A stretch of 64,000 bases of DNA from Eledone cirrhosa (taxonomy: Eukaryota), in NCBI GenBank assembly GCA_964016885.1, contig OZ024742.1, positions 312,356,001 through 312,420,000 of the forward strand, in the 5' to 3' direction. The notes under the pieces are model-generated. The model was not told where the DNA came from. It ran no database searches and saw nothing but the letters and a program-made list of their open reading frames with translations. Below are positions 30,340 through 44,003 of the stretch, piece by piece; positions within the stretch are counted from its first letter, which is position 1; each line of letters opens with the position of its first letter. The position numbers were made by a program, and so were the translations under genes.

Positions 30340-31025
30340 ACTACCACATACTACAAACCCCACCCCCACCACTACTACACTACCAACTAACTTCCCCACC
30401 CCCACTACTACTACAGTACCAACTAACTCCCCCACTACTACTACTACAGTACCAACTAACTCCCCCACCCCAAAACTACTACAATACCAACTAAATACTC
30501 CGCCCCATCAATACTACAGTACCAACTCCCACACCACCACCACCACTACTACTACAGTACCAACTAACTCCCCCACCCCCACCACTACTACAGTACCAAC
30601 TAACCCCCTACCCACACCACTACTACAGTACCAACTAAATCCCCTGCCCCATCACTACTACAGTACCAACTAACTCCCCCACCCCCACTACAGTACCAAC
30701 TAACCCCCCCCCACACTACAGTACCAACTAACTCCCCCACCACCACCACTACTACAGTACAAACTAAATCCACCACCACCACCATCTAAACTCCAACCAA
30801 TACCCCCCCCACACACACTACCAGATAACCAAGCCACCACCCACATCTTAACTCCAACCAATAACGCCCCCCACCCAACTACCAGATAACCAAGCCACCA
30901 CCACCACCAACTAAACTCCAACCAATACCCCCCCACACACACACTACCAGATAACCAAGCCACCACCACCATCTAAACTCCAACCAATAACGCCCCCACC
31001 CCCCACACACTATAACCTAGCCAAC
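30340..31025. repeat. C/A-rich minisatellite (units of about 30 bp, CCCCACCACTACTACAGTACCAACTAACT, then longer CAGATAACCAAGCCACC units)
   Basis: More than 10 visible degenerate units. Confidence 0.9.
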
Positions 31026-31463
31026 ACCTTCACCATCCTGCCCCACAAAATGTCTAACAATAGGACCTTAACAACCTGTCAAGATTATCTATGAATCAAA
31101 CGATGTTGAAGAAATCTAAGTACATCGAAATTTTACCAATATGGAAGAAAACAGAAAATAAAGAAAGAGAGAGTGAGTGAGTGAGTGAGTGAGAGAGAGA
31201 AGGAATATATCAATATGGAAGAAAGGAGAAAATAGAGAAAGAGAGAAAGAACTGAATGAAGCAAAAAAAGAAAATTCTAGTGAAAATTCCTAAAATTTAA
31301 TTCTACTAATGAATGCCGACGTTTGTAAGGAGAGCGTTTTCTTTTAATGCCAGTTACAAGTTTTATCATCAAATACGAAAAGATGTTAGCTATGCAAATA
31401 AACAATATACACACAAACATACATAGACATATATACATGCGTGTATATATGTGTGTGTATGTA

Positions 31464-31509
<46 letters not shown>

Positions 31510-31712
31510 CATACATGTATATACATACAGACACACAGAGATATCTGTATGTATGTATGCATATAGAGATATGTGTGTGCACGCACACATACATACATAA
31601 TAACACATTCATAAAATGGAATCAAAGTGTAGAAATTAGTATGTGTACACATGTACATATATATATATATATATATACATACACACACATGTGTATGCAT
31701 GCATACACATGC

Positions 31713-31770
<58 letters not shown>

Positions 31771-32362
31771 CATACATACATACATAAGAACACATTAAAT
31801 GGAATCAAATTGTAGAAATTAGTACATGCATGCACATATGCACACAGCCCACCACAGTTCTATTGATAGGAATGCATTTAGTACATGTATTGGTGGAGCA
31901 CATATATGCAAACATGCAATGCGTGTAAGTAAACTCATAAATACACACACACACACACACACATACTCTCTCTCTCACACACACACACACATACAAATCA
32001 CCATGAATACATGTGTACAAATATACATACACATGTATGCATGTGATCTAGAAATATAATAGCCTAAAGAATGTTTGTAGTTTCATGTTTCACATTTCAA
32101 TATCTGAAGTAAAACTAAATAATCCAGTTTAATCTAAAACCAATTAATGAATTAGTTATATAACCATGTCAAAGAAAAAGGACCAGCTGGAATATAAACC
32201 CTTTTAATACTAACTAACCCATCCAAAACTGATATTGGCTCCCTGAAACAAAAAATCAACCCATTTAACCCATTTGTGGCCGTATCTCTAATAAATTAGA
32301 CAGTATTAGAGTTAATTAATGAAAAATTTGGAAGGACATACTAAAATTATTATTTCATTATC

Positions 32363-32961
32363 TGCTTTGCAAGGTAGAGTTACGTCTCTTTACGTTCTGA
32401 GTTCAAATCCTGCCGAGGTTAGCTTTGCCTTTCATCCTTACAGGTCGATAAAATAAAGTACCAGTAATGTACTGGAGTCGATTTAATAGACTTTCCCCTC
32501 TCCGTGCCAAAAGTAGAAACAATTATTAAAGGAAGTGGACTGGCAGTATCAGTAGAGGGTCAGATATAATGCCATTGCCATATCAGTTCCTGATCTTTAC
32601 ATTCTGAGTTCAAATCTCACCAAGGTCAATTTTGCTTTTCATCCTTCCGGGGGTCGATAAACACCAATAAAGTACTGGGGTTGATATAATCGACTTTCCC
32701 TTTCCCACAAATTGCTGACCCAGTATCTAAATTAGAAATAATTATTAGGGCAGTGGAATGGCAGTATTGGTAGTGACAGATGAAATACTTTACAGTTATG
32801 GACCTTTATGCTCTGAGTTCAAATCCCGCTGAAGTTATCTTTGCTTTTCATGCTTACGAAGACGATAAAGTAAAGTACCAGTAATGCACTGAGGTCGAAT
32901 ACATCAATTTTCTCCTTCTCTTTAAATTACTGACCTCGCACGAAAGGTAGAAACAATTATT
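32363..32961 (+). mobile_element. Tandem triplet of a tRNA-derived SINE (family S2; central GCCTTTCATCCTT.CGGGGTCGATAAAATAAAGTACC)
   Basis: Three head-to-tail copies, each with a B-box-like GAGTTCAAATC and an AAACAATTATT end. The central block resembles the Meta-SINE domain from recall, not from a search. Confidence 0.8.
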
Positions 32962-33917
32962 TCATTACTATTTGTAACACAACAAATAATTCTGAAGCTG
33001 AATTATGTTGAAGATTTTTATTTAAGTAGGAACTCTTCAAAAAGTATGGTTTTGAAAGTACCAGTAATGCATTGGGCCAAAAGTAGAAACAATTATAACT
33101 AGAGCCAGTTTTACGTAAGTTGGTAATAGAAGGGTTAAAGAATTTCTTTTTAGATTAAAATCTTCAAATAGAATTTGATATGAGAACCAATTATTACTAA
33201 TGTTATCTTAATAATGAAATAATTAATTTTTAACAAATCCCTCAAAATTCTCCATTAATTAATTGAAATACAGTGTATCATTAGAAATATGGTAACAAAA
33301 GGGTTAAAATAATGATTAAAGTGTGTGTTCACAGAACTAGTTGAAGCAATGTGTAAATGGCCGAGCATTCTGCAAGCTTGTGTGCATTTATCACAATTCT
33401 CAGGAAGACTCAGAGCGACATCATCATCATCATATTAACGTCCGTTTTCCCTACTAGCAAAGGTTGGACAGGTCTAGATAGACCAAATTAGTATTGAAAC
33501 AGAGCTATTGACCAGGGATTTGCATCTCATGTTCCACCACGTGCACAGGAGAGGTTATATAATGTTGTTGACACAACTGAAGAGCTGGCTTTTTGAATTA
33601 CTGATCTGATACAGTCCATCCAAAGGACTTCCCCACAGTTTCTGTCTACCCAATTTCCCCCACAAGGGATCAAATCTCAGATCAAATGATTGTAAAGGGA
33701 ACTTCTTTATATTTATGATGACAGCAACATCCCATTTTGTCTTTCTTATAATTTCTAAGTCTCTAGTTTAAACGATAAATGAACATTATCACCTTTGCTA
33801 CAATTAATTCCTATTAGAAATACATGAATATTAAAACTTCCAACTTTTACAACCGTTGTTAAAATGTAGAATTTCATGCTCATGTAAGACACACATTATT
33901 ATACATGATTTTCTTTT

Positions 33918-34305
33918 GAGAGAGAGAGAAGAGAGAAGGATGAAAGACAAAAGAGAGAGGAAAAAGAGAGATGGATGAGAGAGGAAAAAGAGAGATGGAT
34001 AAGAGAGATGGATGAAAGAGGAACAAGAAAGATAGATGAGAGAGAGAGAAGAGAGAAGGATGAAAGACAAAAGAGAGGAAAAAGAGAGATGGATGAGAGA
34101 GGAAAAAGAGAGATGGATAAGAGAGATGGATAAGAGAGATGGATGAAAGAGGAACAAGAAAGATAGATGAGAGAGAGAGAGAGAGATAGATAAGAGAGAG
34201 AAGAGAGAGAGATAGATAAGTGAGAGAAGAGAGAGAGATAGATAAGTGAGAGAAGAGAGAGAGATAGAGATAGATAAGTGAGAGGAGAGAGAAACAAGTT
34301 AGAGA
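33918..34305. repeat. GA-rich purine-strand compound repeat with higher-order duplications
   Basis: Recurrent GAGAGGAAAAAGAGAGATGGAT units. Confidence 0.9.
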
Positions 34306-34799
34306 CAGGTGAGATCCACATGATTTCAAATTCCAAGGTATATAGTCAACTGACTTCAATTAAACTGCTAACAATAGTCATGATCATCACACAATCTCAT
34401 TTTCTCTTTTATATTGCTGAAGTGTTGTGTTGATATATTAGAAAGCAGTATTATCATTTGTCAGGATTCAGTTTTGGCACCCTAACTGTTCCACATTAAT
34501 CATATGACTTAAATATCTGAGGTGAATTATTGGCAATAACAGAGAAAATAAATTCTAAGTATAAGAAATGGACAATACGACTTGATATCCAGCAGCCTTC
34601 AAGCTTGGAGAAGAATAAAAGAGAATATTCTCCAGCAATCGTCTTAAACCCCCACTAAACATCTTAATTTTAATTTGGGAGGTTATTAACTTTATACAGA
34701 TTGATTGTATGATGCTGTATGAGAAGTGTAATAAAGCACGGCAGAGAGACATGGGCGGGGGGGGGGGGGGGGTAAATACATGTAGATATAGAGGCTGGA

Positions 34800-35378
34800 G
34801 AGAAATGAAGTGAGACATGCCTCATTGGATGTGTAATGTTAGTCTACTTCAGAGGTTTTCCAACTTTTTGGGCCACCACCCCCTCACAGCCTCGTAATAC
34901 CCTCAGCATCCTCCACCCCTATTTCCAGAGAGGCCTACCTACATGCAAATTGTAAATAATATATAAAATCGTTAATTTATATATAATATATACTATATCA
35001 TCTCTACCGCCCCCTCCCCTCCAGGGGGTTATATCGCCCACTTTGAGAACCTCTGGTGTACTTGAACAATAAGGCATGGATGAAATGAGAGAAAAACTGG
35101 GCATAAGAGGAATCAGATGCAGTGTGCAAGAGAGAAGACTGTGCTGGTATGGACACATGACATGTATGGAAGATGAATGCTGGGTGAAGAAGTGAAAGGA
35201 AGCTGCAGCAGAGGAATACCAAGAAAACCTTGGACAGAAGTGGTTAGAGCTGACTGCAAAATACTGAACATCACAGTAAAGATGATGAAGGGAACTCTAC
35301 AAGTGGAGAGAAGCTGTGCTGGAAAGGATCCATTAATTTGTACAAACATGGAGAAGCAGACGCAAAATTATGATGATA
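34800..35378 (+). pseudogene. Old RTE 3' fragment interrupted by a hAT MITE
   Basis: HWMCNVS lies before the insertion and MDEMREKLGIRGIRCSVQERRLCWYGH after it. Confidence 0.8.
34850..35055. mobile_element. hAT (Charlie-like) MITE
   Basis: TIRs CAGAGGTTTTCCAA and TTTGAGAACCTCTG, with an 8-bp TSD GTCTACTT/GTGTACTT. Confidence 0.8.
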
Positions 35379-36059
35379 TTTATATTTTTAAAGCCTTTGA
35401 TACCAAACCACATGAAACCACACCTTGGTTCATCATCATCATCATCATTATCATTATCTCCAGCCTGATTATACAATACAAAACTGTTTAAATTTATCTA
35501 AAAATCTTCCATGATAATTTTATTTAATCTTAGTTGAGTTATGTTTTAAACACCAGCTTAATATAGAGAAAGTTATTTACTAATATTTATATATATAATA
35601 GACAGTGTCTTTCATTAGAAATATAGCAGCAAAATGGTTAATCAGCCTAACTTCTCAGCTTGGTGTGTATATGTGTGTGCATTTCCCCAGGCCAGTGGTT
35701 ACCTCACCATTTCACTACCAATGGTACAGTTCATTTAAGTTTTCGTACAGAGTCAAGGCATTTGAAAAGCCTGTCTAGTCAACAAGTTAACCCCCCCCCC
35801 CCCCCCTGTACTACTTTTGCAGATTCCCGGGTGTTTACTGACCATAGATTAGGACCCACAAACCCAGATTGGAAATTGCCTTTTATTCTCACTTTCAGTT
35901 AAGAGTTGAATGTGATGTCACAGATCTGTTGAGTTACTGACCTCTCAGAAAAGCGGCGGCATTGATAAAAATAAGTACCAGACTTGAAAAATATGTACTG
36001 GGGTCGATATGATCAACTAAAATCACTTCAATGTGGTGCCACAGCATGTTACAGTTTAA

Positions 36060-36243
36060 CCCTTTAGCATTTCCATTCTATATATACTATTGCATTTTCA
36101 CGGTAAACACTTATATATCAAATCTATGAAGATTTTGGTAGTATTTATTTTGAGAACAATACCTTAACATAAGGTATTGCTGATTTGAACTGAAGGAGGT
36201 GAGAGAATTCTGGGCGGGTATGGCCAGTTTAAATGCAAAAGGG
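36060..36243 (-). mobile_element. TTAA-flanked (piggyBac-type) MITE, family M1
   Basis: TTAA-CCCTTTAGCATT...AATGCAAAAGGG-TTAA. Confidence 0.8.
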
Positions 36244-36711
36244 TTAAGAGAAAGTGTACAGGAGGGGAGGGACAGAAAGTATGCAAAGATGAGAAAAACT
36301 CAGAGAAATAATGTGTATGTATGTGTGTTACAAATGTCTCAAAACCTGATCATAACTTACATATGTATATGCATGGGTGTGTGTATGTGTGTGTTAATAT
36401 ATTTAAAAAATTGATTATAGTCATTTCCATATATGTATGCGTAAGAACTGATTACAATAGTCATTAGCCAGTTCAGCAAAGTAGAGTTTCATTACGCTTG
36501 CTCGTTAATTAGATTGTAAATAGCTTGAGAAATTCATCCAAGTACTAAGCAGGTGCATTAACAAATTTAGACAACTCCAGACACCCATTCTTGTAAGATA
36601 GGAAATGATAGCAAATGAAATGAATTTACTAGCACTTATAATAACTTAACCCTTTTGCTGCAATATTTCTAAAAGACACTACCTAAGATTTCCAAATAAT
36701 TTAGAAAATAA

Positions 36712-36904
36712 TAATTGTTTCTACTATTGGCACAAGGCCAGCAATTACCCAGTGCATTACCGGTACTTTATTTTATCAACCCCGTAAGGATGAAAGGCAA
36801 AGTTAACCTTGGCGGGATTTGAACTCAGAATGGCAAGGGCCGTAACTCTATGCATCAAAGCATGGCGTCCGACCCTCTACCGATACTGCCAATCTACTGC
36901 CTTA
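36712..36904 (-). mobile_element. SINE family S2, full-length copy
   Basis: Reverse-complement match to 56062-56295. Confidence 0.82.
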
Positions 36905-37159
36905 TTTAGAAAATTTATTAATTTAATTTAGAAAATTTATTAATTTAATTTAGAAAATAATAAAAGAACAAAACAATTCCACAGGATTTCATTCTTAAAT
37001 TAATGTAAGGCTGGTAGATTAGCTATATCAGGATATCAGGAGAGCATTAGACATAAGGCTTTACAGTATTTGTTGCAGCTCTTTACATTCTCAGTTCAAA
37101 TTCCACCGAAGTCAACTTTGCCTTTCATCCTTCTGGGGTTGAGATACTGAGGAAGCGAT

Positions 37160-37362
37160 ACTGTAAAGTGGTTGTGTAGGTATCATGACAAAAAGTACCC
37201 AGCAATCACTGTAAAGTGGTCATGTAGGAACCATGACAAAATGTAAATGTGGCTGGCATTAGGAAGGGCATCCAGTTGCCAGCAAGACATGGTCACCTGA
37301 CCCAAATTGCCTCAAATGGGGCAACCCGTTTAACCCATGCTAGTGTGGGAAATAGATGATGA
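37160..37362 (+). mobile_element. Old RTE 3'-UTR or SINE-tail fragment
   Basis: CTGTAAAGTGG repeats, GGCATTAGGAAGGGCATCCAG and AACCCATGCTAGTGTGG. Confidence 0.7.
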
Positions 37363-38158
37363 ATTGACTCTAGCACTAACTAGACTGGTACTTTTTTTTT
37401 ATTGACCTTGGTGGAATTTGAACTCAAACCATAGAGCCAGAACAAATGCCAAAAAGTGTTTTATCTGACATCTAGACTGTCAATCTACCACCTGAAACTG
37501 CCTATAGTTTGAAAATAAAAAAAAATTTACTTTTAAAGAGTTTGTATTCAAATTCAAACTTTCCAACATAATTTTCAGTAAAAACCTTTAGTTAAGGTAT
37601 GTTCTTAACATCATCTTAATAGTGAAACAGTTATTTTTACTAGATCCTAATTTTTACTTATTTTTTGAAATTCAATATAGCACATGGATAGTGTATTTCA
37701 TTTAAAATATAGTAACGAAAGGGTTAAAGCGCTTGTTGTTGCTAAGTGATAATCCTCTGTATGTACATGTATATATGTGTGTGTACAATGTACACACACA
37801 TAGATACATGCACACTACATGCATGTGTGTGCACGCATGCATGTGTTGTAAATAGCCAGTTAAGTAAGTGGGGCACTAACAAAGATTCCATTTCTGCATT
37901 TTGAGATGGTTACCAATTAATCAAGAATGAGGTATTTTCTAACCATGGCCAGGAAGATTAGCTTTTTTGGGGTGCAATTTTGGCAATGTTATGGATGTAT
38001 GGTTGCCATGAGATTGCAAATGGTGTAATGCAGGCACTAGCAGCTGTAGCAAGTGTGTGCATTTTATACAGCCAACATCTGCGAGTAGCTTCAAGTTTTG
38101 GATCTTATCAAGAAGAAAAAAATGATATGACATAAATTAGCTGCTCGTTTAATGTATG

Positions 38159-38192
<34 letters not shown>

Positions 38193-38324
38193 GATGTTTA
38201 TATGTGTATGCGCATGTATGTGTATATGTATTTTTGCATAGATGTGTTTATGTATTTATTATGAATGTGTGTATGTATTGTACGGATTTTATGTGTAAAT
38301 GTCTGTATGTATTTATAGGTGTGC

Positions 38325-38427
<103 letters not shown>

Positions 38428-38678
38428 CACGCATGTGTTAGAGCTATAAAATAAGTATAACATGGCATGTTTCTGTGTATAAGAGCTATGAAAATAATGG
38501 CACCATCTGTTAGAGAAAGAACAAGAGAGACACAGAGAAAGAGAGTAGTGTGGAGGATGTATGTGTGTTTATGATGTATGTCTGTATGTGTTTGTGGGTC
38601 TGTGTGTGAAGAAATAAAGTCCCAGATTGAGAGCCATACACATACACACACATGTATGTATAGATATATATATAAATA

Positions 38679-38716
<38 letters not shown>

Positions 38717-39029
38717 GACACACACACGTGTGTGTGTGTGTGTGTGTAAGTGTGTGTGACAGTAGCAACAGAGTAAACATGAGAAGTTGACCTCAGAGGT
38801 AAACCTCTTCAAATGCAAACATTACATTACAATGTAGATAGTCTATGGAACAGGATAGACAAGTTTTGCAGGTGCTCAACAGCAGTTTTAATTATTGCTA
38901 GGGTCTGTACAGTAGAAATATAAAGTGCACGTGCACAGTCTCACATACATACAATCACCACTATCACCAATGAAGCCTCTGCATGGTCTTACATCCTGTT
39001 AAGAAATAGCAACCAAATTTCTCTCTTAA

Positions 39030-39236
39030 CCCTTTAGCATTTAAACTGGCCATATCCGGCCAGAATTCTCTCACCTCTTTTTACTCAAACAGCTGTAACT
39101 GGCCACTCATACTGATGTTAAGGTGCTGTTCTCAAAATAAATAATATCAAAATCTCCTTGATTCGATATTATGTGAGATAAAGTCTTTACTGTGAAAATA
39201 CAATAATATATATAGAGTAATGTAAATGCTAAAGGG
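39030..39236 (+). mobile_element. piggyBac-type MITE M1, duplicated in tandem with its flank at about 39325-39600
   Basis: 14-bp TIR CCCTTTAGCATTTA/TAAATGCTAAAGGG with TTAA on both sides. Confidence 0.88.
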
Positions 39237-41611
39237 TTAAGTTACACTCTAAAATATTTTAGCTTGTTTGTTATATCATATTTCTCATGAAAGACACTGT
39301 CCATGATTTTTAATTATTTCTTTTAAACTCTTTTGCATTTAAACTGACCATATCCGGCCAGAATTTGCTCACCTCCTGTTCAAACCAGCTATAACCAGCT
39401 GCTCATACTTATGTTAAGGTGTTGTTCTCAAAATAACATCAAAATCTCACAGATTCTATATTATGTGAGGTAAAGCCTTTACTGTGAAAATACAATGGTA
39501 TATATAGAGTAATGTAAATGCTAAAGGGTTGAGTTATACTCTAACATACTTTAACTTGTTATATTTCTCATGAAAGACATTGTCCATGATTTTCAATTTT
39601 TTATTTTTAAATAATGGAAAATTTGGAAGCTTTTGAGTATACAACTAACTTTCTCAAAATTATGCTGGTGTTTGGAGCATAACTTAAAGATTCTTAAATA
39701 AAATTATTTAAGAATAAATTCTGCAATAATTAATTGAAAGAAAGTATATTTCATTATAAGTACTGTCCCAAAACGATTAAATAACAAGACATATTGAATA
39801 TTGTTATATACTAACTGAAAAGACAGGATGGTCACGACTGGCTGCCCTTAAAGGTCAGCTTGATCAGACCCTTAGAGATATTGACCGCCGTACAAGAGCC
39901 AATGAAGTATAATGACAGTAAAACACATTAATCTACTGTTTTTACCCCCAATTCTTCTGTAAATGTGATATGATCACAACTGAAAATACAGTGAGAATAA
40001 ATATATGTTTATTATACATAAAAATATTGTATATGGGTTCATGTATGCTATTATTCTCAATGAGGCTGTGCTAGTGTTATCTCTAATTAATACTAGCCAG
40101 CCAAGCTTGTGCTATATATAAATAAGTCTTCACCAAGACCTTTCATTCTATGGAAAACACAATAAGTGAGTGGGGGGGGGGGGGGGGGGGGGCAGAACAA
40201 GATATAAAATATCCCATGAATGAAACAGAAAGACATGATTGACTTAAGACCTTTTGATACTAAACCACCTGAAGCTGTTTCTGGTTCTATGATACAAAGC
40301 TGTTTATTGTAATGTGTTTATATTCATCTAAAAACTTTCCATTCTAATTTTAACTAAAAAAAAACTTTGTTAAATTATGTTCTAAGCAGCAGCTTACTAA
40401 TGACAAAATTAAATTCCTCCACATTTTGATTATTTTCAAAATGATTTGAAAATCATAGTTAATATTTTTTATTAGAAATACAGGGTGACCACAAAAACAC
40501 TCCTTGATTTCAAATACTTATATCAAAACTTAAATGAATTCTTACAATATTGGTGGCTACAGTTGCATAAACTAACGTTTCTTTCCTCATTTACATAATT
40601 TACTCAATCCGCTAGATGGCATCTTCATGCCAAAAAATCTTTTTATGATGAATTATCTCCTCCAGGGCCCAAGCAAGGTGCCCCGAAGGAGATAATTCAA
40701 AGGTTTTGGCAGGAAGATGCCCCCACCGCCAGCAGGACCCTATGCTTAAGCACACCTAAGCACAATGGCAAATTTGACACTGAAAGTAACCTACAATAAA
40801 TAAACAACAACAATTAACCACACAAGAATTAAAGACACACTTTAATTAAATACTATCGCTATGAACTTTTGTTGGTTCATCATTAACTTGAATGCTTCAG
40901 AAGTTAGACATCTGACTTGAAAGCCATTAATTCAGATCCTAGCCCTTTTGAGACCAAACTGACTGAAACCACCCTTGGCTTCTACTATACAGAATTATTT
41001 GCTTTATCCTAAATCTGGCACTGGTTACTTTCCACTAATAAATGTTGTAGTAGCTATTCTAGCAGCTAGATAGTATGAACAGATCTAAAGTACTTTACTC
41101 ACAGGTACAATGGAACACCTTTAACCATTTAATCAATGAAAAGAAAAACAAAAAAAAAAATCCAAATCTAATATATATTTTTCCACCCACGCCCTGCATC
41201 CAGGTCAAACCCGCCCTGCATCCAGGTCAAACCATAACTGTTTCTTTCAGGTGGTTGCTACTTCATTTTACAAACACTAGTTCAAACAAGACCAGTTGGA
41301 TTGTATTAACAAAATTACAATAAATAAAAAATAAATAAACTTAAAAAATTAATTAAAACATGGAAAACACAAGTGTAAAAGAAAAAGAAATTGAATTAAT
41401 GAATAGTAGTTCCCACAAGGTGCCAAAACTTTGTAAATGAATATGAAATTACCATTTCTTCATCTAAGAACAACAATGAAGCTAGTTTTGGGACTGGGAA
41501 TATTATTTTTTCAAGTGATACAATGCTGTTTACTGAATGGATTATAAGGTGTGACAAAAACAAGCTTATTTCATTCAATCTTCCCCAACCTCATTAAAAA
41601 TGAAAAAGAAA

Positions 41612-41670
41612 AAAGAAAAGAAAAGAAAAGAAAAGAAAAGAAAAGAAAAGAAAAGAAAAGAAAAGAAAAA
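41612..41670. repeat. (AAAAG)n microsatellite
   Basis: Read directly. Confidence 0.95.
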
Positions 41671-42188
41671 TAACCAAAGCTATTTCATTGAAAACTAAAA
41701 GCAAATTCCAATGCATTATAATTCATTGTAAGAGGAGAGCACATTGATTGCTGAGGTGATATGGTACCAAAGAACTAGCAATGAGGTCAGCTGTATATAC
41801 ACCACTACCTACACTCTATTATGTTGGTAACCAGCAAAGAAACCAAGACACTTTTTATAACTGTTTACTAAGGGAGGGAAGGGCAGTGGCCATGGCTTTT
41901 TTCAGGGCATCTGATACTGATAGGAAAGAAAGGGGGGTGGCATAGGTATATTCAAACCTGGAGACCAAGCTCAAATACTTGCAACAGAATGGACTCCACT
42001 AAAAGCATTCAAAGGTCAGACAGTAAAAAGGTCAGATAGTAAAAGGGTTAAAAATTCACTGATAATAACTGAGTAGAAAATGAGAAGTTGTGATTTCTAT
42101 GTCTTTTTAAATCAGGAATTGAATGAGTCACAAACTCTGGTTACTGATATTCTAGCACCAGAAGATGCTGTAGCAGCAACAGATTTAA

Positions 42189-42695
42189 CCCTTTAACATT
42201 TAAACTGGCCATATCTGGCCAGAATTCTCTCACCTCTTTCTGTTCAAACTGGCCATACTGACTGCTCATACTGAAGGATTAGTCTAGTGTTTTTCTAAAC
42301 TAGGTTTTTCGTGTGTCAGCCGGGTGTATGGCAATATATCCCTTACTGTGGCAAAAGCGCTTTACTTACCAAGCGAGCCTCTAGTCACTTCATTAAATTT
42401 GGGTAGATAATGGAGCACCCTGTAAGTGTTGTGTAGTGGTTTCATATTTATGGTTAACTCACATGATCCAAACACGGAAGAGCTGAACTTCCACCGTCAC
42501 CCCCCCCCCCCCCCCCATCTGTATAGTGAGCAAATGGGGTCCCACGTGCTGGCAACCCCACAGCCCTGGCGGACAGAATGGAGAAGGCGTTTCCCAGAGG
42601 ATTATATTAAGGTATTGTTCTTAAAATAAATACTATAAGATTCAATATTATGTGAGATAAAGCCTTTACTGCGAAAATACAATAATATATAGCGA
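42189..42695 (+). mobile_element. MITE M1 split by an insertion of about 330 bp (42274-42604)
   Basis: The M1 sequence stops at GCTCATACTGA and resumes at TATTAAGGTATTGTTC. Confidence 0.75.
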
Positions 42696-43084
42696 GTATA
42701 TGAAGAAGGTGTTGGTGAGATTTATATCTTTCTGACCATATTTCTAATGAAATACTCTGTTTCTATTAATTTATGAAGAATTTTGAGGGATCTACTAAAA
42801 ATTCCTTATCTCTTTGCTAAGACAGTAAAGTAATTTAACTGTAGAAACTAAACCAAAATTGAAACATTGGTAAGCATGAGATGGTCCCTAACCTGTCTAG
42901 TAGACAATCAAAATATTGACTTGGTCTGTGATGAACCATCCAACCCATGCTGCCATGTTAAATTATGATGACCATGACGACGACGGTGGTGGGGGTGAGG
43001 ATTATACATTTCTGCTTTTTACATCATTTTTTAATACACGAAAGATGTTATTTTAACACCATCTCAATCACTGCCACTACCATC

Positions 43085-43118
<34 letters not shown>

Positions 43119-43582
43119 CCAACACTATCACCACATGTTGCAGAGGAAAAGAATACAACAGAATGTTGTATGGTGCAGTTTAGTTTCATTCCTTAAGAAC
43201 AAGTTAACCTAGCTTATTATTGGAATCATTTCAGAGCAGCTGCACATTTCCTTAACATTAGATAATTACTTATATGGAATTATAAATTCTATTCAGAATA
43301 TGTCTCACCCAGCTTCCAGTGACATCCCACATCACCACTGCCACCACCACTACTACTACTTTTACAGATGTCATCTTTATATTAGTATTTACTATCACTA
43401 GCCAGCAAAAGTCACTACAAAAAAAAAACTGGGAATGGGTCTGAAAAGAAAGCTTGAATCTTTGCCATTAATAAAGTAGTGGATATGTTTTGACCTGTAA
43501 TGTGACAGCAAAAGGAATATTACTTGTTGAGTGCTTTAAAATAGAGTTGAAAAACAACAGCATCAACAAATAGAGTTTCAAT

Positions 43583-44003
43583 TAGCATTCAAATTGGCTG
43601 TATCCAACCAGAATTCTCTCACCTCTTTCAGTTCAAACCGGTCATAATTGGCCGCTCATACTGATGTTAATGTATTGTTCTCAAAATAAATAGTATCAAA
43701 ATCTCATAGATTTGATATTATGCGAGATAATTATTAGAGTTAAAGCCTTTACCACAAAAATACAATAATATATATAGAGTAACATTTCTATTTTTGGCAC
43801 AAGGCCAGCAATTACTCTAGTGCATTACTGGCGCTTTATTTTATCGATCCCATAAAGATGAAAGGCAAAGATAACATCAGCAGAATTTGAGCTCAGAACA
43901 TAAAGGGCTATAACTCTGTGCTGCAAAACATAGTTTCTGACTCTTCCGATACTGCCAAAGCACTACCCAATAGTATATATAGAGTAATGTAAATGCTAAA
44001 GGG
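43583..44003 (+). mobile_element. MITE M1 with a nested minus-strand SINE S2 (about 43785-43970)
   Basis: The M1 body and right TIR AAATGCTAAAGGG are present. TATATATAGAGTAA is repeated on both sides of the SINE. Confidence 0.78.

Noticed and set aside
30221-30673. Mucin-like PTTTT ORF
   Set aside because: It is a minisatellite translation. Units shift frame and no splice or start context is evident.
30345-30780. CRISPR-like repeat array
   Set aside because: Eukaryotic context, no unique spacers and no cas genes.
40479-40640. Tc1/mariner end (TACAGGGTG)
   Set aside because: No matching opposite TIR or transposase sequence was found.
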